Positions 1 through 11,658 of a DNA stretch of 63,787 bases are shown here, piece by piece. The translations under genes were made by a program, and so were the position numbers. The stretch is from Octopus bimaculoides (taxonomy: Eukaryota): NCBI RefSeq assembly GCF_001194135.2, contig NC_069005.1, positions 19,657,321 through 19,721,107 of the forward strand, read 5' to 3'. Each line of letters begins with the position of its first letter. Position 1 is the first letter of the stretch. The notes below the pieces were generated by a model. The model was given only the letters and a program-made list of their open reading frames with translations. It did not search any database and was not told the origin of the DNA.

Positions 1-597
1 TATATATATATATATATGAGGATTAGCATCGCACTTTGAAACTAACCAAGGAATTTGAATCAAACTGTTTTGATCTATATTTGTCTATCTATCTATCTAT
101 CCTTTCCTTCCTTTCATTCTTTCTAACGAAAACTCAATATTGGAATCTCTGAACCCACTGTTGGTTCTTAGAACATTCTGGAAGTTTAATGATATATCAC
201 AAATGCTTGTACAATATTGCATTTGTAATATACCAAGTCAATCTTGATTGGTGGGGGTCCTACATATACAGAGTGAAAGACATAGATAACTATTAAGTTG
301 TTATATACAATGACTGCAAGTTACATCTACAAGGATTGAACTTTTTTTTAATAAATGTCAATCCTTCAGATCTCTCCTCTTCCTCATGGAACAAACCAAT
401 TTATACCATTTTGTGAATTTCCATACTACTTCAAGACAAAGTTATCACTAGTTTCCTCCAATTCTTCTATTTTACTTTGAACTGTTGACAACCATGTTTC
501 GAAGTGTCACTGTTACAAACTTAACTTCAGCCAACATCAGTGCAGGATATGAACCTCTAACCCTTCAGTTTGTATTGTATCAGTCAAAACAAGTGAA

Positions 598-925
598 AGA
601 GCATAGCTTAGTGGTTGGGGTATTTGGCTTATCATCATTAGGTCATGTATTAGATTCCTAGCAGTGCATTGTGTCCTTGAGCAAGACACTTTATTTCATG
701 TTGCTCCAGTCCACTCAGCTGATGAAAATGTGTTGCACTTGTGATTCAAAGGGCCATCTGTGTCTCATTCTGTGTTACGCTGAATCTCCTTGAGAACTAC
801 ATTAAAGGTGCACATGTCTGTGGAATACTCAGCCACTTGCAATGTTAATTTCATGAGCAGGCTGTTCTGTTGATTGGATCAACCAGCTGGAACACTCATT
901 GTCATAACCAACAGAGTGCCAGTTA
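598..925 (+). mobile_element. tRNA-derived CORE-type SINE (family C)
   Basis: A-box-like GCTTAGTGG, then the CORE-like motif GTGTCCTTGAGCAAGACACTT. The body recurs at 4575-4830(+), 14505-14868(+), 17300-17510(-), 48395-48680(-) and 53780-53975(-). Confidence 0.75.
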
Positions 926-1067
926 TTAAAACAGGTGAGTTTCATTAATTATCCTAATTAACATTAAATTCATGGCTCAATGAAGTAAGTGTAGCTAATG
1001 CTACAGAAATGCACTCTCATTCATGTTGACAGGGATCTTGATTTGATCCAGTAATACAATACTTTGA

Positions 1068-1284
1068 GACAATGAGGAAGCTTCTACCTCGGCCCATTAG
1101 AAATAACAGCAAATTTCCCTCATCATACTACCATATTTAATTGTATATACTATATTTTCAAAATATGGTAGGATGCATTGGATAATGTAGTCCATAATAG
1201 ACTAACTGGAAAAAGAAAACAAAACAAAGATGGGATAGTCAAGACTGGAACATTTTTTTGTTAAAGTCTTCTAAGAGATCAAAA
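1068..1284 (+). mobile_element. SINE-like interspersed repeat (family G)
   Basis: Motifs TAGAAATAACAGCCAAAT, TTGGATAATGTAGTCC and GATGGGATRGTCA recur at 2150-2260(+), 4400-4575(-), 11880-12100(-), 12250-12380(-), 47480-47600(+) and 49880-49960(-). The family tail is GGGGCTAAAC(AAC)n. Confidence 0.6.
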
Positions 1285-1371
1285 NNNNNNNNNNGTTAAA
1301 GAACGGCATGTAGCAATGAGGGAACTTCTTTTATGGTTACTCAAATGGGTAAAAATAGGCAAACAATGATT

Positions 1372-1813
1372 ATAGGCATATGAGTGGCTGTGTAGTAAGT
1401 AGCTTGCTATAGGCGTATGAGTGGCTGTGTGGTAAGTAGCTTGCTTACCAACCACATGGTTCTGGGTTCAGTCCTACTGCATGGCACCTTGGGCAAGTAT
1501 CTTCTACTATAGCCTCGGGCTGACCAAAGCCTTGTGAGTGGATTTGGTAGACGGAAACTGAAAGAAGCCTGTCGTATATATATGTATGTGTGTATATATG
1601 TTTGCGTGTCTGTGTTTGTCCCCCCCAACATCGCTTGACAACCGATGCTGGTGTGTTTACGTCCCCGTAACTTAGCGGTTTGGCAAAAGAGACCGATAGA
1701 ATAAATACTAGGCTTCCAAAGAATAAGTCCTGGGGTCGATTTGCTCGACTAAAGCCGGTGCTCCAGCATGGCCACAGTCAAATGACTGAAACAAGTAAAA
1801 GAGTAAAAGAGTA
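1372..1813 (+). mobile_element. tRNA-derived SINE family A, full length, with internal (TA)n(TG)n microsatellite and duplicated 5' head
   Basis: Head GTGGCTGTGTGGTAAG...GGGTTCAGTCC, CORE-like ACCTTGGGCAAGT, tail (AAAAGAGT)n. A 37-bp head unit is tandemly duplicated (1372-1408 / 1409-1445). Confidence 0.85.
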
Positions 1814-2358
1814 ACTAATCAAAGCCAGAATACTGATGATCATACATTTGCTGGAGCAGAGCTGACATGGAGCTAAACAACAATAGTGTGTGTATGTGTG
1901 TGTATGTAAGTATGTGTATAATGGTGAGGGGGTCAGTTTTGTATCCCATTATGATATTGGGGTACTGCCAAAAGACATCATATATTTTAAAAATAAAAAG
2001 CATTTAACATGTTAAAAGCTGAGAGAGACGAGTTTTAAGTTCACAAGAAAGTTATTATTAGTAACATGGTTTTCTAAAAAAGCAATAACTACAAATGGTA
2101 TTATGTTTAATTTTAGAACACTCTGTTATTAATATTGAAAAGAAAAAAAAAAACTGAAGAATGTTAAATAATGTAGTCTCCTAGATATAAAAAAGTTAGG
2201 ATGGTCATGTCTGGAACACCTTTGAGCATAGATTGAATCAATCAGAGTTAACTAGGGTCTCCATCCATCTTCTCTGTCCACTATTCCTGGGACGATCATT
2301 AGGGTGGGGTCATCAGGCACCTCCTCCATAGAGTCGTTTCAGAAGCAACCGTCATTAT

Positions 2359-2560
2359 CCCTATAGCATTCAGATTACTCTGTCAAATATAATGCTTATT
2401 TATTCACATTTGTTAAACCTAATCATGTATTATCTCATAGCTTAGAGATTTTGATACATGACTGTTTATTTTTAGAATGATATTGTTGGGTTGGTGTAAG
2501 AGCCTGGATCTGGCTAGTTTGACCATAAAACTGGTAGAATATTTTGACTGGATATGGAGG
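2359..2560. mobile_element. piggyBac-like MITE, truncated copy
   Basis: Homologous to 4885-5110 and 30455-30835; begins CCCTATAGCATT; the right end is missing. Confidence 0.6.
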
Positions 2561-2656
2561 CTAACTCGACCAAAATAAAATATTAACCTCTACCATGGAA
2601 TTGAGTACTTTTTTTTCCCCCTGACAGCTGATACCAAATGGATATATATATATATA

Positions 2657-2808
2657 TGTGTGGCATTAGGAAGGGCATCCAGCTGTAGAAACTCTGCCAA
2701 ATCAGATTGGAGCCTAGTGTAGCCATCTGGCTCGCCAATCCTCAGTCAAACCGTCCAACCCATGCTAGCATGGAAAGCGGACGTTAAACGATGATGATGA
2801 TGATGATG
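2657..2808 (+). mobile_element. RTE-type retroelement 3' end with (GAT)n tail
   Basis: GGAAGGGCATCCAGC...GGACGTTAAACGATGATGAT. Nearly identical to 49276-49402; reverse-strand relatives at 46350-46680, 47044-47418 and 51500-51660. Confidence 0.7.
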
Positions 2809-2819
2809 GCCAGTCTAAA

Positions 2820-3420
2820 TACAAAAGAGTTATACTTTCCTGATGGATTTTCAGGTATGACCAATGGAGATTATGGATATTATTCAATCATCTTGTTCTT
2901 GGTTTACACTTAAGTCTCCTGCTGGTTGGCTCGGCTTGAAGAATCTCTCTCGCAATTCTATTCTGTGACATTTTAATCACGTTTCTGTAGTACTGGAGAT
3001 ATGATCTCTTAATGCAGAGAAGTAGTAACCCAACCTGGGGCGACTTATGGATCTCAGAGCCATACACTATATCAAGTAACATTATTCCAGAAATCCTTCA
3101 GAGAAACCCCATTTTAGCCACTTATATCTGCGATCATACTCTTTTGGTTATTTACATAGGTGAGGATAAATAGTGAAACTGAATTGGAGATAGCAAATGT
3201 GGCTTTTTTTTTTTACCACCCTCTTCTCTTTTGTGGATTGAATTCTGGTGCTGGTACATTACTGTACCAGCATCTGGAATTCTAGCAACCAGATCAGCCT
3301 CCTGCGTCACATCACTCATGAATATAGGCCTTGAGGTACTTAATGTTCCACTAACATGCAGAGTGCACCGGGAAGACTTTCTTGAGAGAACCAACGTTTA
3401 AGTCTTCACCAGCCTATTTC
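2820..3420 (-). pseudogene. RTE-clade (Expander-like) LINE, C-terminal RT fragment, decayed
   Basis: Translations IFMSDVTQEADLVARIPDAGTVMYQHQNSI and LQYYRNVIKMSQNRIAREILQAEPTSRRLKCKPRTR match the RTE pattern (..EIDRRIG.A..VM.. / QLRW.GH..RM...R.P..GRPRTRW). Confidence 0.7.
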
Positions 3421-3984
3421 TCATCCCTTTTTTGTCAGCACTTAGTTGACTTGGGACTAAACAGCAACAATAGCAGCTACAGGAAGCTCTCTAGTGGCTC
3501 CTAATTAAGAGATAAGCTGTTAAGTTCTTGACAGTGTCCCATGATAAGTAACAACCTCACAAAATGTCTACCTAATCTGGAATTAATCGAAACTGACTGA
3601 CAGAGAAAGAGAGAAAAGAAAGCAAAGTTAAACTGTTTGTTTTCTTATATGTTTAATGTTCATGCATTATTCATTTTACTGCAGCAGTGTTAGGAAGCCT
3701 TCTCATCTCTCAGCTTCATAGAAACCAATAGTGAAGTAACTGGTTTGTAGTTTATAACAACAATACAACTTAAAACAAGATTAAATGAACCACATCTTGT
3801 CAGCCTTCATTGTAATTTCCTTCTTGTTTTTCTTAAAGTAAAGCAATTGGTGTAGTTTTTGTCTGGCATTCAAATTAAAGAAAAGAAAATAATGCAAAAA
3901 AAGAAAATTCTGTTTGTGGATTTTCTCCCGTTTTCTTCAGAATTTTATTATATTTCTTTGAACTTTGTACTTTCATAGGGACAG

Positions 3985-4370
3985 GCATGGCTGTGTTCTT
4001 AAGAAGTTCACTATGCAACCACCTAGTTCAGTCCCACTGCACGAACCCCTTGGGCAGTTGTCTTCTACTATAGTTCCAGATTAATGCTGAGTGAGTGAAT
4101 TTGGTAGACAGAAACTCTGTGGAAGCCTGTAATATATATAAATGTGTGTGTGTGTTTGTCCCCCCCCACCACCATACACACCTTATTGCTTGACAACTGG
4201 TGTTCATTTGTTTACATCCCTGTAATCTTAGAAGTTTCGCAAAACAGACCAATAGAATAAGTACCAGATTTGAAAATAAGTATAATGGGGGTCAATTCGT
4301 TTGACTAAATCCTTTAAAGTGGTGCTCCAACATGGCCACAGTTTAATGACTGAAACAAAAAATAAACGAT
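3985..4370 (+). mobile_element. SINE family A, diverged copy
   Basis: Collinear with 1409-1813 from head to tail. Confidence 0.8.
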
Positions 4371-4884
4371 ATAGATCGGTGGGTGGAATGGGAATTTCTT
4401 AGTTGCTGTTGTTTAGCCCCAGGTCAGCCCTGATTGAGCTGACCTCAAGCTGTGGCTGTCTCCATTTCGTTAAAATTTTTATTTAGGACTAAACTGTCTA
4501 AAGTATTCAATGCTTATTCAAGACAACAGGGTATGATATAAGAGAGATTTAGCAGCTTTTTTTAGCAGGTCAAGGCAGGCATGTAGTCTAGTGGTTAGGG
4601 TGTTGCACACACAACTGCTAGATTGTGGTTACAATTCTCAGACCAGGAGGTGTGTTGTCTTCTTGAGCAAAATTTCATTCCATGTTGCTCCAGTTCACTC
4701 AGCTGTAAACGAATATCCTTGTGATGGATTGTCATGTTCAAGGGGAGTATTGTGATGTGGGCCACTTCTATGCCATGGAAACTGGGTAACCAGCTGGTCA
4801 AGTTTGTATGCAGAGTAGCCCCTTCTTTATTGTTATGCATTCTGATGAACCTTGAACCTTAGGTCTATTCAGTCATTCTGTCAA

Positions 4885-5110
4885 CTCTTTAGTATTCAGA
4901 TTACTTTGTCAAATGTAATGCTTATACATTCACATTGTTTGAATTAATCATGCATTATCTTGTAACTTCAAAATATTAATGATGTGATTGTCTATTTTTA
5001 GAATGACATTGTAGGGTAGGTATGAGAGGCTATACCTGACTGTTTTGAACATAAAACAAGTAGAGTATTTGGACTGGATAGAATATTTAGCTGGTTTAAA
5101 TGCTAAAGGA
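4885..5110. mobile_element. piggyBac-like MITE
   Basis: Imperfect TIRs CTCTTTAGTATT / AATGCTAAAGGA, flanked by TCAA (4881-4884) and TTAA (5111-5114). Confidence 0.7.
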
Positions 5111-5264
5111 TTAAGCTGCAAATACTTTGGAGTGAAAATTGTTTGATGCTTTTGTCATTCTTCAATTCTTTGGAAATGTAAGGCAGCAATAACACAACAC
5201 TTTGTTGTTAAACCTCTACTGATCACTCTTTGGTGTTTATTTTCTTCTATTTACCCTTTATCAT

Positions 5265-5410
5265 TAACTCTCTGATGTTAATTCTTTTCTGTTAACTCAC
5301 TAACATTAATTATATTCTGTTAGCTCTCTACTGTTATCTTATGTTAACTTTCTGCTGTTATCTTCTGTTAACTCTGCTGTTAACTTTCTAGTGTTCACTC
5401 TGCTGTTAGC
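5265..5410. repeat. degenerate minisatellite, unit about TGTTAACTCTGC
   Basis: About 10 diverged tandem copies of TGTTAAC/TGTTATC-CT-rich units. Confidence 0.6.
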
Positions 5411-5861
5411 CCCTGCAATTAACAGCAGATTATAACAAAAATGAAAACATGTCGGATGCAAAACAAAATACAATATAAATATGATTTTATGCTCAAAATT
5501 AGTACAAATATATTCATACTTGAACATGTTTTCCTTAAAATACTTGTTTCATCTCACGTCTGAGAAACATGTGAACAATGAAGAAAGACAATCGAACTCT
5601 GACCATCCAGTTTTTTTCCTGTATGTAAGGATACTAGGAACACTTTATTGTACATATTTTTTTTAGAGATTGTAGGGTGAGATGTGAGGGTGATTTGGTT
5701 GCTAATTCTTACAGGTTGAATAGCTATGTGGAAACTCTCACTAGTTTATTTAAAAAATTGTGTCTATGATATATGATAGATGTTTGTGCAAACTGTTGAT
5801 CACACTCAGTTATTATTGTAAAATATTTCAAACTACTGACTACATAGGTAGATATAATCAT

Positions 5862-6000
5862 TGAAACTAGCAGGATCGTTAGCATGCCAGGCAAAATGCT
5901 TAGTGGTGTTATGTCTGTCTTTACATTGAGTTCAAATTCCATCAAAGCCAACTTTGCCTTTCATCCTTTTGGAGTTGATAAAATAAGTACCAGCTGGGCA
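5862..6000 (+). mobile_element. SINE family B, 3'-truncated
   Basis: A-box-like AGCAGGATCGTTAG, B-box GAGTTCAAATTCC, core CTTTGCCTTTCATCC...GATAAAATAAGTACCAG. Confidence 0.75.
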
Positions 6001-6155
6001 CCTCTCTGGTATGACAGTAGGCCCATCAAACCAGGATGGTCCCAAGCTTAAAATTCACAGCCTGCACTTCAGATCATGGTTGGAGGAGAGAACATGCTGG
6101 GGCCTTCATCCTGCAGTGGACTGAACACAGGCACTCCAATCCAATCCAATCCAAC
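6000..6155 (+). mobile_element. probable LINE 3' terminus with (AATCC)n tail
   Basis: Ends GCCTTCATCCTGCAGTGGACTGAACACAGGCACTCC(AATCC)3. This resembles RTE-type 3' ends, but there is only one copy in the window. Confidence 0.4.
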
Positions 6156-6479
6156 AAAATATATTTAAATATCGACCAGATATACAGATATAATAATTTG
6201 TAGTACTAGTTGTATTGAAATATTGACCAGATATCTTAGATAGTCAGTGTTTCAACATATATCCAAATTAGTTCTCAGATTCTAGTTTCCTTTGCTTACA
6301 ACATATTGCTAATCATAACACCCATAGTACTTTGTTATTGCTTGAGGTTTCTTGGTGAAACTTGAAACAGTTCACACAAAACAGTCACAACATAAATAAT
6401 TGTGATGATGATGATGATGATAGCGGTTCCTAACCTTGGCACATGGCCACACATTCTGTAGAGATTATTGATCGAATTC

Positions 6480-7060
6480 CTTGTATATTATAATTACTTA
6501 TTGACCATTGAAGGATGAAAGGCAAAGTCGACCCTAGTAGGTTAATAATGATAACAACAGCAGCAACAGTAATAATAGTCCCTTTTGTTATGGGCCTGAA
6601 ATTTAAGGGGAGGGAGTTAGTCACATTTATTTCATTTACCCGGAAAACACGACAAGCAAAGTCGACCTTGGCAGAATAACAATAATAATAATAATCCTTT
6701 CTATTTCAAGCACAAAGCCTGAAATTTTTGGGGAAGGAGTTAGTAAATTCCATTGACCCCAGTACTCCACTGGTATTTATTTCATCAATCCTAAAAGGAT
6801 CAAAGGCAAAGACAACCTCTGTAGAATAACAATAATAATTTTTTCTATTATAGGCACAAGGCCTGAAATTTTGGGGTAGAGGATTAGTTGATTACATCGA
6901 TCCCAGTGCTCAACTGATATGAATTTTATTGACCTTAAAAGGATGTTATTGACTGTCAAAAAAAGGTTGAAAGGCGAAGTTGACATCGACGTAGTTTGGA
7001 CTAAGAATGTAAAGAGCTAGAACAAATAGCGAAAGTTCTAACGATTCTGCCAGCTCACTA
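6480..7060 (-). mobile_element. tandem array of four partial SINE B copies separated by (AAT)n
   Basis: Repeated GGCACAAGGCCTGAAAT...GGATGAAAGGCAAAGTCGACC units, each preceded by an AAT-type run. Confidence 0.8.
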
Positions 7061-7084
7061 ACCTAACAACGAGATGGAGAATCA

Positions 7085-7138
7085 GTTAGGGTTTTAAGGT
7101 TAGGGAATTCCGTCTCTAACCGTAACCCTAACCCTAAC
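7085..7138. repeat. short inverted telomere-like repeat (GTTAGGG.../...CCCTAAC)
   Basis: GTTAGGGTTTTAAGGTTAGGG (7085-7105) faces CTAACCGTAACCCTAACCCTAAC (7116-7138). Confidence 0.7.
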
Positions 7139-7909
7139 ACCCTAGTGAAAATCGTGCGAGTGTTAATCTGAAAATTTACCGATAAAATAAAGTACCGGTT
7201 AAGTACTGGAATCGATGTAATGGAAAGCAGAATGGGCCCTTGTAGTATTTGAAGTACGAAAACAAAAAGGGGAAAACCTCCATAAATATTGTAAAACATT
7301 TATTTATGTATTGCGACGCTCTGTCTTACGCTGCTCCGTGTGAAGAGCCCTTTCTGAAATTTTTTAATTATAATTTTGCGGCGAACGAACTTAACCGTTT
7401 TGTGAACTCAATCTACAGTAAAAGAATATATCTAAGGGAGGCAACCAGTGAATATCTCACCAAATATCATACACAGTTATGGTTCTTAGGCTCGAATAAT
7501 TTCATCGTCTTGCATTTTAAAAATATTGTTTAGGTTTGAAAGGCATTGTGCTCATTGTTTTTGTGCGCTACCCACCCACCCCCACTTGTCCCATGGCGGT
7601 GAGATTGGTGATATTACCATTCCACTTGACGATTGCAAGAAAGACATGTGTAGGGTGTGACTTCTAGACGTTCTGACGGGTTGGATAGAACACGGGTGAT
7701 GAGAAGATGAGAAAAGAAGGAACAGGTGAGCAGAGGGGGACTACAGTTCAGGTAGAAAAAGCACTCACCTGTGCCTTCTACTATATATAACCTCGGGCCG
7801 ACCAATGCATTGTAAATTAATTTGGTAGGCAGAAACTGTGTGGAAGCCCGTCGTGTGTGTATAAGTTTGTCTCCCATCTTCACAACTAATGTATGATAGC
7901 TATGGGTAC

Positions 7910-9290
7910 CATTCCCGGTTTTTCTAATTCTGGTACAAGGCCTGCAATTTTGAGGGGAGGGGGAAGTCGATTGCAATCGACCCCAGTACTTTACGTGTTA
8001 CTTTATTTTATCGACTTTGAAAGGATGAAAGACAGAGCTGATCTAGGTGGAATTTAACCGAGAACATAACGAACCGGAAGAAATACTGCAAGGCATTTTG
8101 TCCGACGCTCTAACGGTTCTGCCAGTTCACTGTCTTCATAATAATAATGATAATAAACAAGTAATGTTTCTGCTGTAAGCACAAGGCCTGACATTTTTGG
8201 TGGGAGAGGGTTAGTCGATTACATCGACCCCAGTACTTGCCTTGTACTTATTTTAAGCGGAATTTTAACTAAAAACTTAAGGACGGACGAAATGCCGCCA
8301 AGCATTACCAGGCAGTGGCTCTCATGGCTTCTGATCTTAAATTACTGGGAGTGTTATCATGAATATATTTTGTTTTGGTATAAAAAGAAGGGTTACAGCA
8401 AATATTCTGCTCAATACAACAGATTTGCTTGTCAGTTGAGCATGTCCCTTAGTGGCTAACTATATGTGCATCTCCGATCACGAGTAGGAGTAGTGGGAGA
8501 GCATCATAGACATATGTTGAGAAGAATTCTTTGGGGTTTGAATAATTCATCTCTGGAAGCATGAGTGTTTCGTTCATCATCCTTGAACAACCCTCATTCA
8601 AGGAATTTTTGAGTGGGATGGGCTACTCAACCTGAAGAAAATTCTAACTAGGCCCCACCTGCAAGGTAATGCGCTGTTTATCTTAATATAAGGTTACCAT
8701 GTCGCGCACATATGGTTGTAGTGCATGAGCCTGGTGTATCATTACCAAACGGGTAGTCATGACGAGTATATTGTTTCGTATATATGTACCCTAGCGTCAT
8801 TTTGATGATATGCACTGCTATAGGCACAAGGCCTGAAATTTCAGGGGGAGGGGGTAAGCTGATTACATCGACCCCAGTGTTTCACTGGTACTTAATTTAT
8901 CGACCCCGAAAGGGTGAAAGGCAAAGTCGACTCCGGCAGAATTTGAACTCAGAACATAGCAACGGGCGAAATACCGCTAAGAATTCCATCCAGCGGGCTA
9001 ACGATTCTGCCAGCTTAAAAAAAAAAAATTCTTTTTACTATAGGCACAAGGCCTGAAATTTTAGGGGAGTGTCTAGTGGGAAATTTTAGGGGAGTGACCA
9101 CAGTTCCACTGGTGCTTATTTCATCGACCCCGAAAGAATGAAAGACAAAATCGACTTCGTCGGAATTTGAACTCAGAACGTAAAAATGGATGAAGCCCTG
9201 CCTGGTACTTATTTTATCGGTTCCGAAATTATGACATGTACAGTTGACCTCAGAAAAGGCGGAAGAACTGCCGCAAAACATTTTGTCCCC
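7910..9290 (-). mobile_element. cluster of four SINE B copies (7910-8140, 8160-8300, 8810-9015, 9035-9290), CpG-retaining
   Basis: Same consensus as the other B copies, with CpGs intact (CGACCCCGAAAG...GTCGACTCCGGC). Confidence 0.8.
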
Positions 9291-10705
9291 AATGACCTAT
9301 CGATATTACCTACTTCCATAGATATTCATAATTGTTTTCTTTTAATATCCCATCTTTGCGATTGATTGAAAGGATAGGTTTTGGCGTTGGTTTCGACGAA
9401 TGCGAATTAGAGTCTTTTGGTCAACGAAATTATTTTTTCTAGAATCTTTATTCACATAGACTCTTGTATATGCACTCTATGAAATTTCCAGGCTGGCCCA
9501 ATGTTTCAATTCTTCATTGAAAGATAAAATAATAAAAATAAGGATTTATAATATGATAACCTATTTGTTTTTCCCTTCTCGTGTCGATAACAGCCGCAAT
9601 AAATGTCGGTGATTTAGATATAAAATAAAAATATGTATCGGTTATTCTAAATCTATCCCGTTACTGTGATAAAAATCAATTTATCGGATATATTACATTT
9701 AACACTGCCTGTTCACGCACGCACGCTCATATATGTTGTGTGTGCGCGTGTTATATGTATATGTCTGGTGTGTGTTTGTGTGTACATGTGTGTATGTATA
9801 TGTGTGTGTGAATTCAGATCTCGTGTTAAGTAGTTCCTTCAGAATTCTCTCCCTTGGAATGATACGATTCTTTTACACTGAATTAGTAAATTAGTGTTGA
9901 CATTTATTGGAGTGACTATCAGAAATCTAATTTAGAATATTTAGTCAGTGAAGAAAAGACTTAATTAGATCAACCAATAATTATTTTTACTGATTTTAGC
10001 TATTCGACTGCGGTCATCCTGGAGCACCGTCTCCAAGGGTTCTTTCTAGTCGATATTAATATTGATCTCAAGAATTTCGTATGTTATTTTAGATTACATT
10101 GTTTTTGTAGCAGACAAAACGCATTGATGTACAAAAGGAGACAACTCAGTCGGACTTTAATACCGCAGGGTATTTCTGTTCAATTACATCGGGCTGTAAT
10201 CCGCACACGTAAACACCTTCGATATATCCATATGATTGATAGGGTCTTCGGATACAGAGCTGAAGGTGACTATTCACGCAGAGAAGCAAGAACTTGAATG
10301 TAGAACACTTCGAGTCTAGGAAAAAATCGTTGGGCTTTGACATGGCACTTTCGAAAATCATGTCCAACTGTCGGTACTATATGCGAAATTCAGAGTAGCA
10401 AGAGACTATTCGACCAAAATAAAAAATATATATTAATCATCTTTTCTATCGCGTATTCTTTCTTTCGACTGTCAACACTAAACGTGTGCATGTATGTTTT
10501 TTGGTAAATAATTAGAGTCCACTGCATTTTACAGCGGAAACAGCTATGAGCTAATGAAGTTCATAACATAACCATTGTTTTACCTGTGTTATCGTTTTTT
10601 TTTTTTATTACGACTCGATACTCATTTAACACTTTGTTCTGAAACATACATATATTGAGTTTTACACCAGATTATTAATCTCGCAATGCCTAATCGAAAT
10701 ATATA

Positions 10706-10743
<38 letters not shown>

Positions 10744-10756
10744 TGATGATGATGAT

Positions 10757-10841
10757 GGCGGAGGTAAAGAATACGCTCAACACCCGTTTTCGACGTAACC
10801 CTAACCCTAAATGCCGAAAACGGGTGGTGTGCGTATTCGCC
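10757..10841. repeat. 85-bp foldback with (CCCTAA)2 in the loop (mini-MITE-like)
   Basis: GAATACGC..CACCCGTTTTCG (10769-10792) is the reverse complement of CGAAAACGGGTG..GCGTATTC (10815-10838). Confidence 0.75.
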
Positions 10842-11360
10842 ATAATAATAATAAGAGCACTCAGAGAGCGCAAACCTCCGCCAAGGCAACACCAACGTCC
10901 TCTCAACGATAGACGGAGATGATTTTTAGAATGAGAATATCTGAAATAAACTCGACAGCTCTCACAAACTAGAATACTAAAAATGAACCTCTCTCAAAGA
11001 TTAGGTAAAAAAAAAACCGGAAAAATAATCCAGAATAATTTTCCAGTACCGGATCGATCCCAAAATCTAATCAGTTCGTGCCAGTCACGAGGCCAAACAT
11101 CCCTGAAAGTACATTATTTACATTTGACGGATATTTGCCCTCATCTTGTTCGTTGTTAACACAACGGTTCGGCTGATAAACGGACAAATATCCGTCAAAT
11201 GTAAATAATGTACATACTTCCTCATCTCTTAAATATAGAACTGTATCCCTGAAAGTTTTTGCCGAATTCATCCTGTGGCTCTTGAGATATCTTCTCCATG
11301 GACAAACAAACAAACACGACTGAAAACAAAACCTCCGCCTTCGCTAAGGTGGAGGTAATA
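10842..11360 (+). mobile_element. Helentron-associated non-autonomous element (HINE/DINE-1-like)
   Basis: 5' subterminal ACCTCCGCC (10874-10882), short GACA/AAAC microsatellite, and 3' stem-loop ACCTCCGCCTT-CGCT-AAGGTGGAGGT (11331-11356) that reuses the subterminal motif. A second, truncated copy lies at 24635-24855. Confidence 0.65.
11110..11244. mobile_element. small inverted Penelope-pLTR-like insertion with 12-bp TSD
   Basis: Perfect 28-bp inverted repeat (11110-11137 / 11185-11212); TSD ATCCCTGAAAGT at 11099-11110 and 11245-11256; the minus strand carries the half-hammerhead-like ATCAGCC-GAAC-CGTT. Confidence 0.6.
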
Positions 11361-11613
11361 AAGATTATGACGAAGTGACATTAGCATTACCTTTAATTCA
11401 ATTTTATAAATATAGCCTCAAATAGACCTTGTAGAGTCTATTTCTACTGCATCAGTAACCGTTGCAATTGCAACCTTACCATAATTCCGATGCAGTTTCT
11501 TCGGGGTTTTCACTTTGATATCCTTTGAGTTTTAACTAGTTAGAGTTTTATGTTAATTTTCTTTGCATTCAATGATGTGGAGTTCTCTCTCTCTCTCTCT
11601 CTCCCTCCCTTTC

Positions 11614-11658
<45 letters not shown>

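Noticed and set aside
1409-1490. tRNA genes at SINE heads
   Set aside because: A/B-box-like motifs are present, but I could not fold a cloverleaf and the heads continue into SINE bodies.
8300-8790. Complex 490-bp insert between SINE B copies
   Set aside because: It is probably an interspersed repeat, but it is single-copy here with no ORF, TIR or TSD that I could verify, so it is left unclassified.
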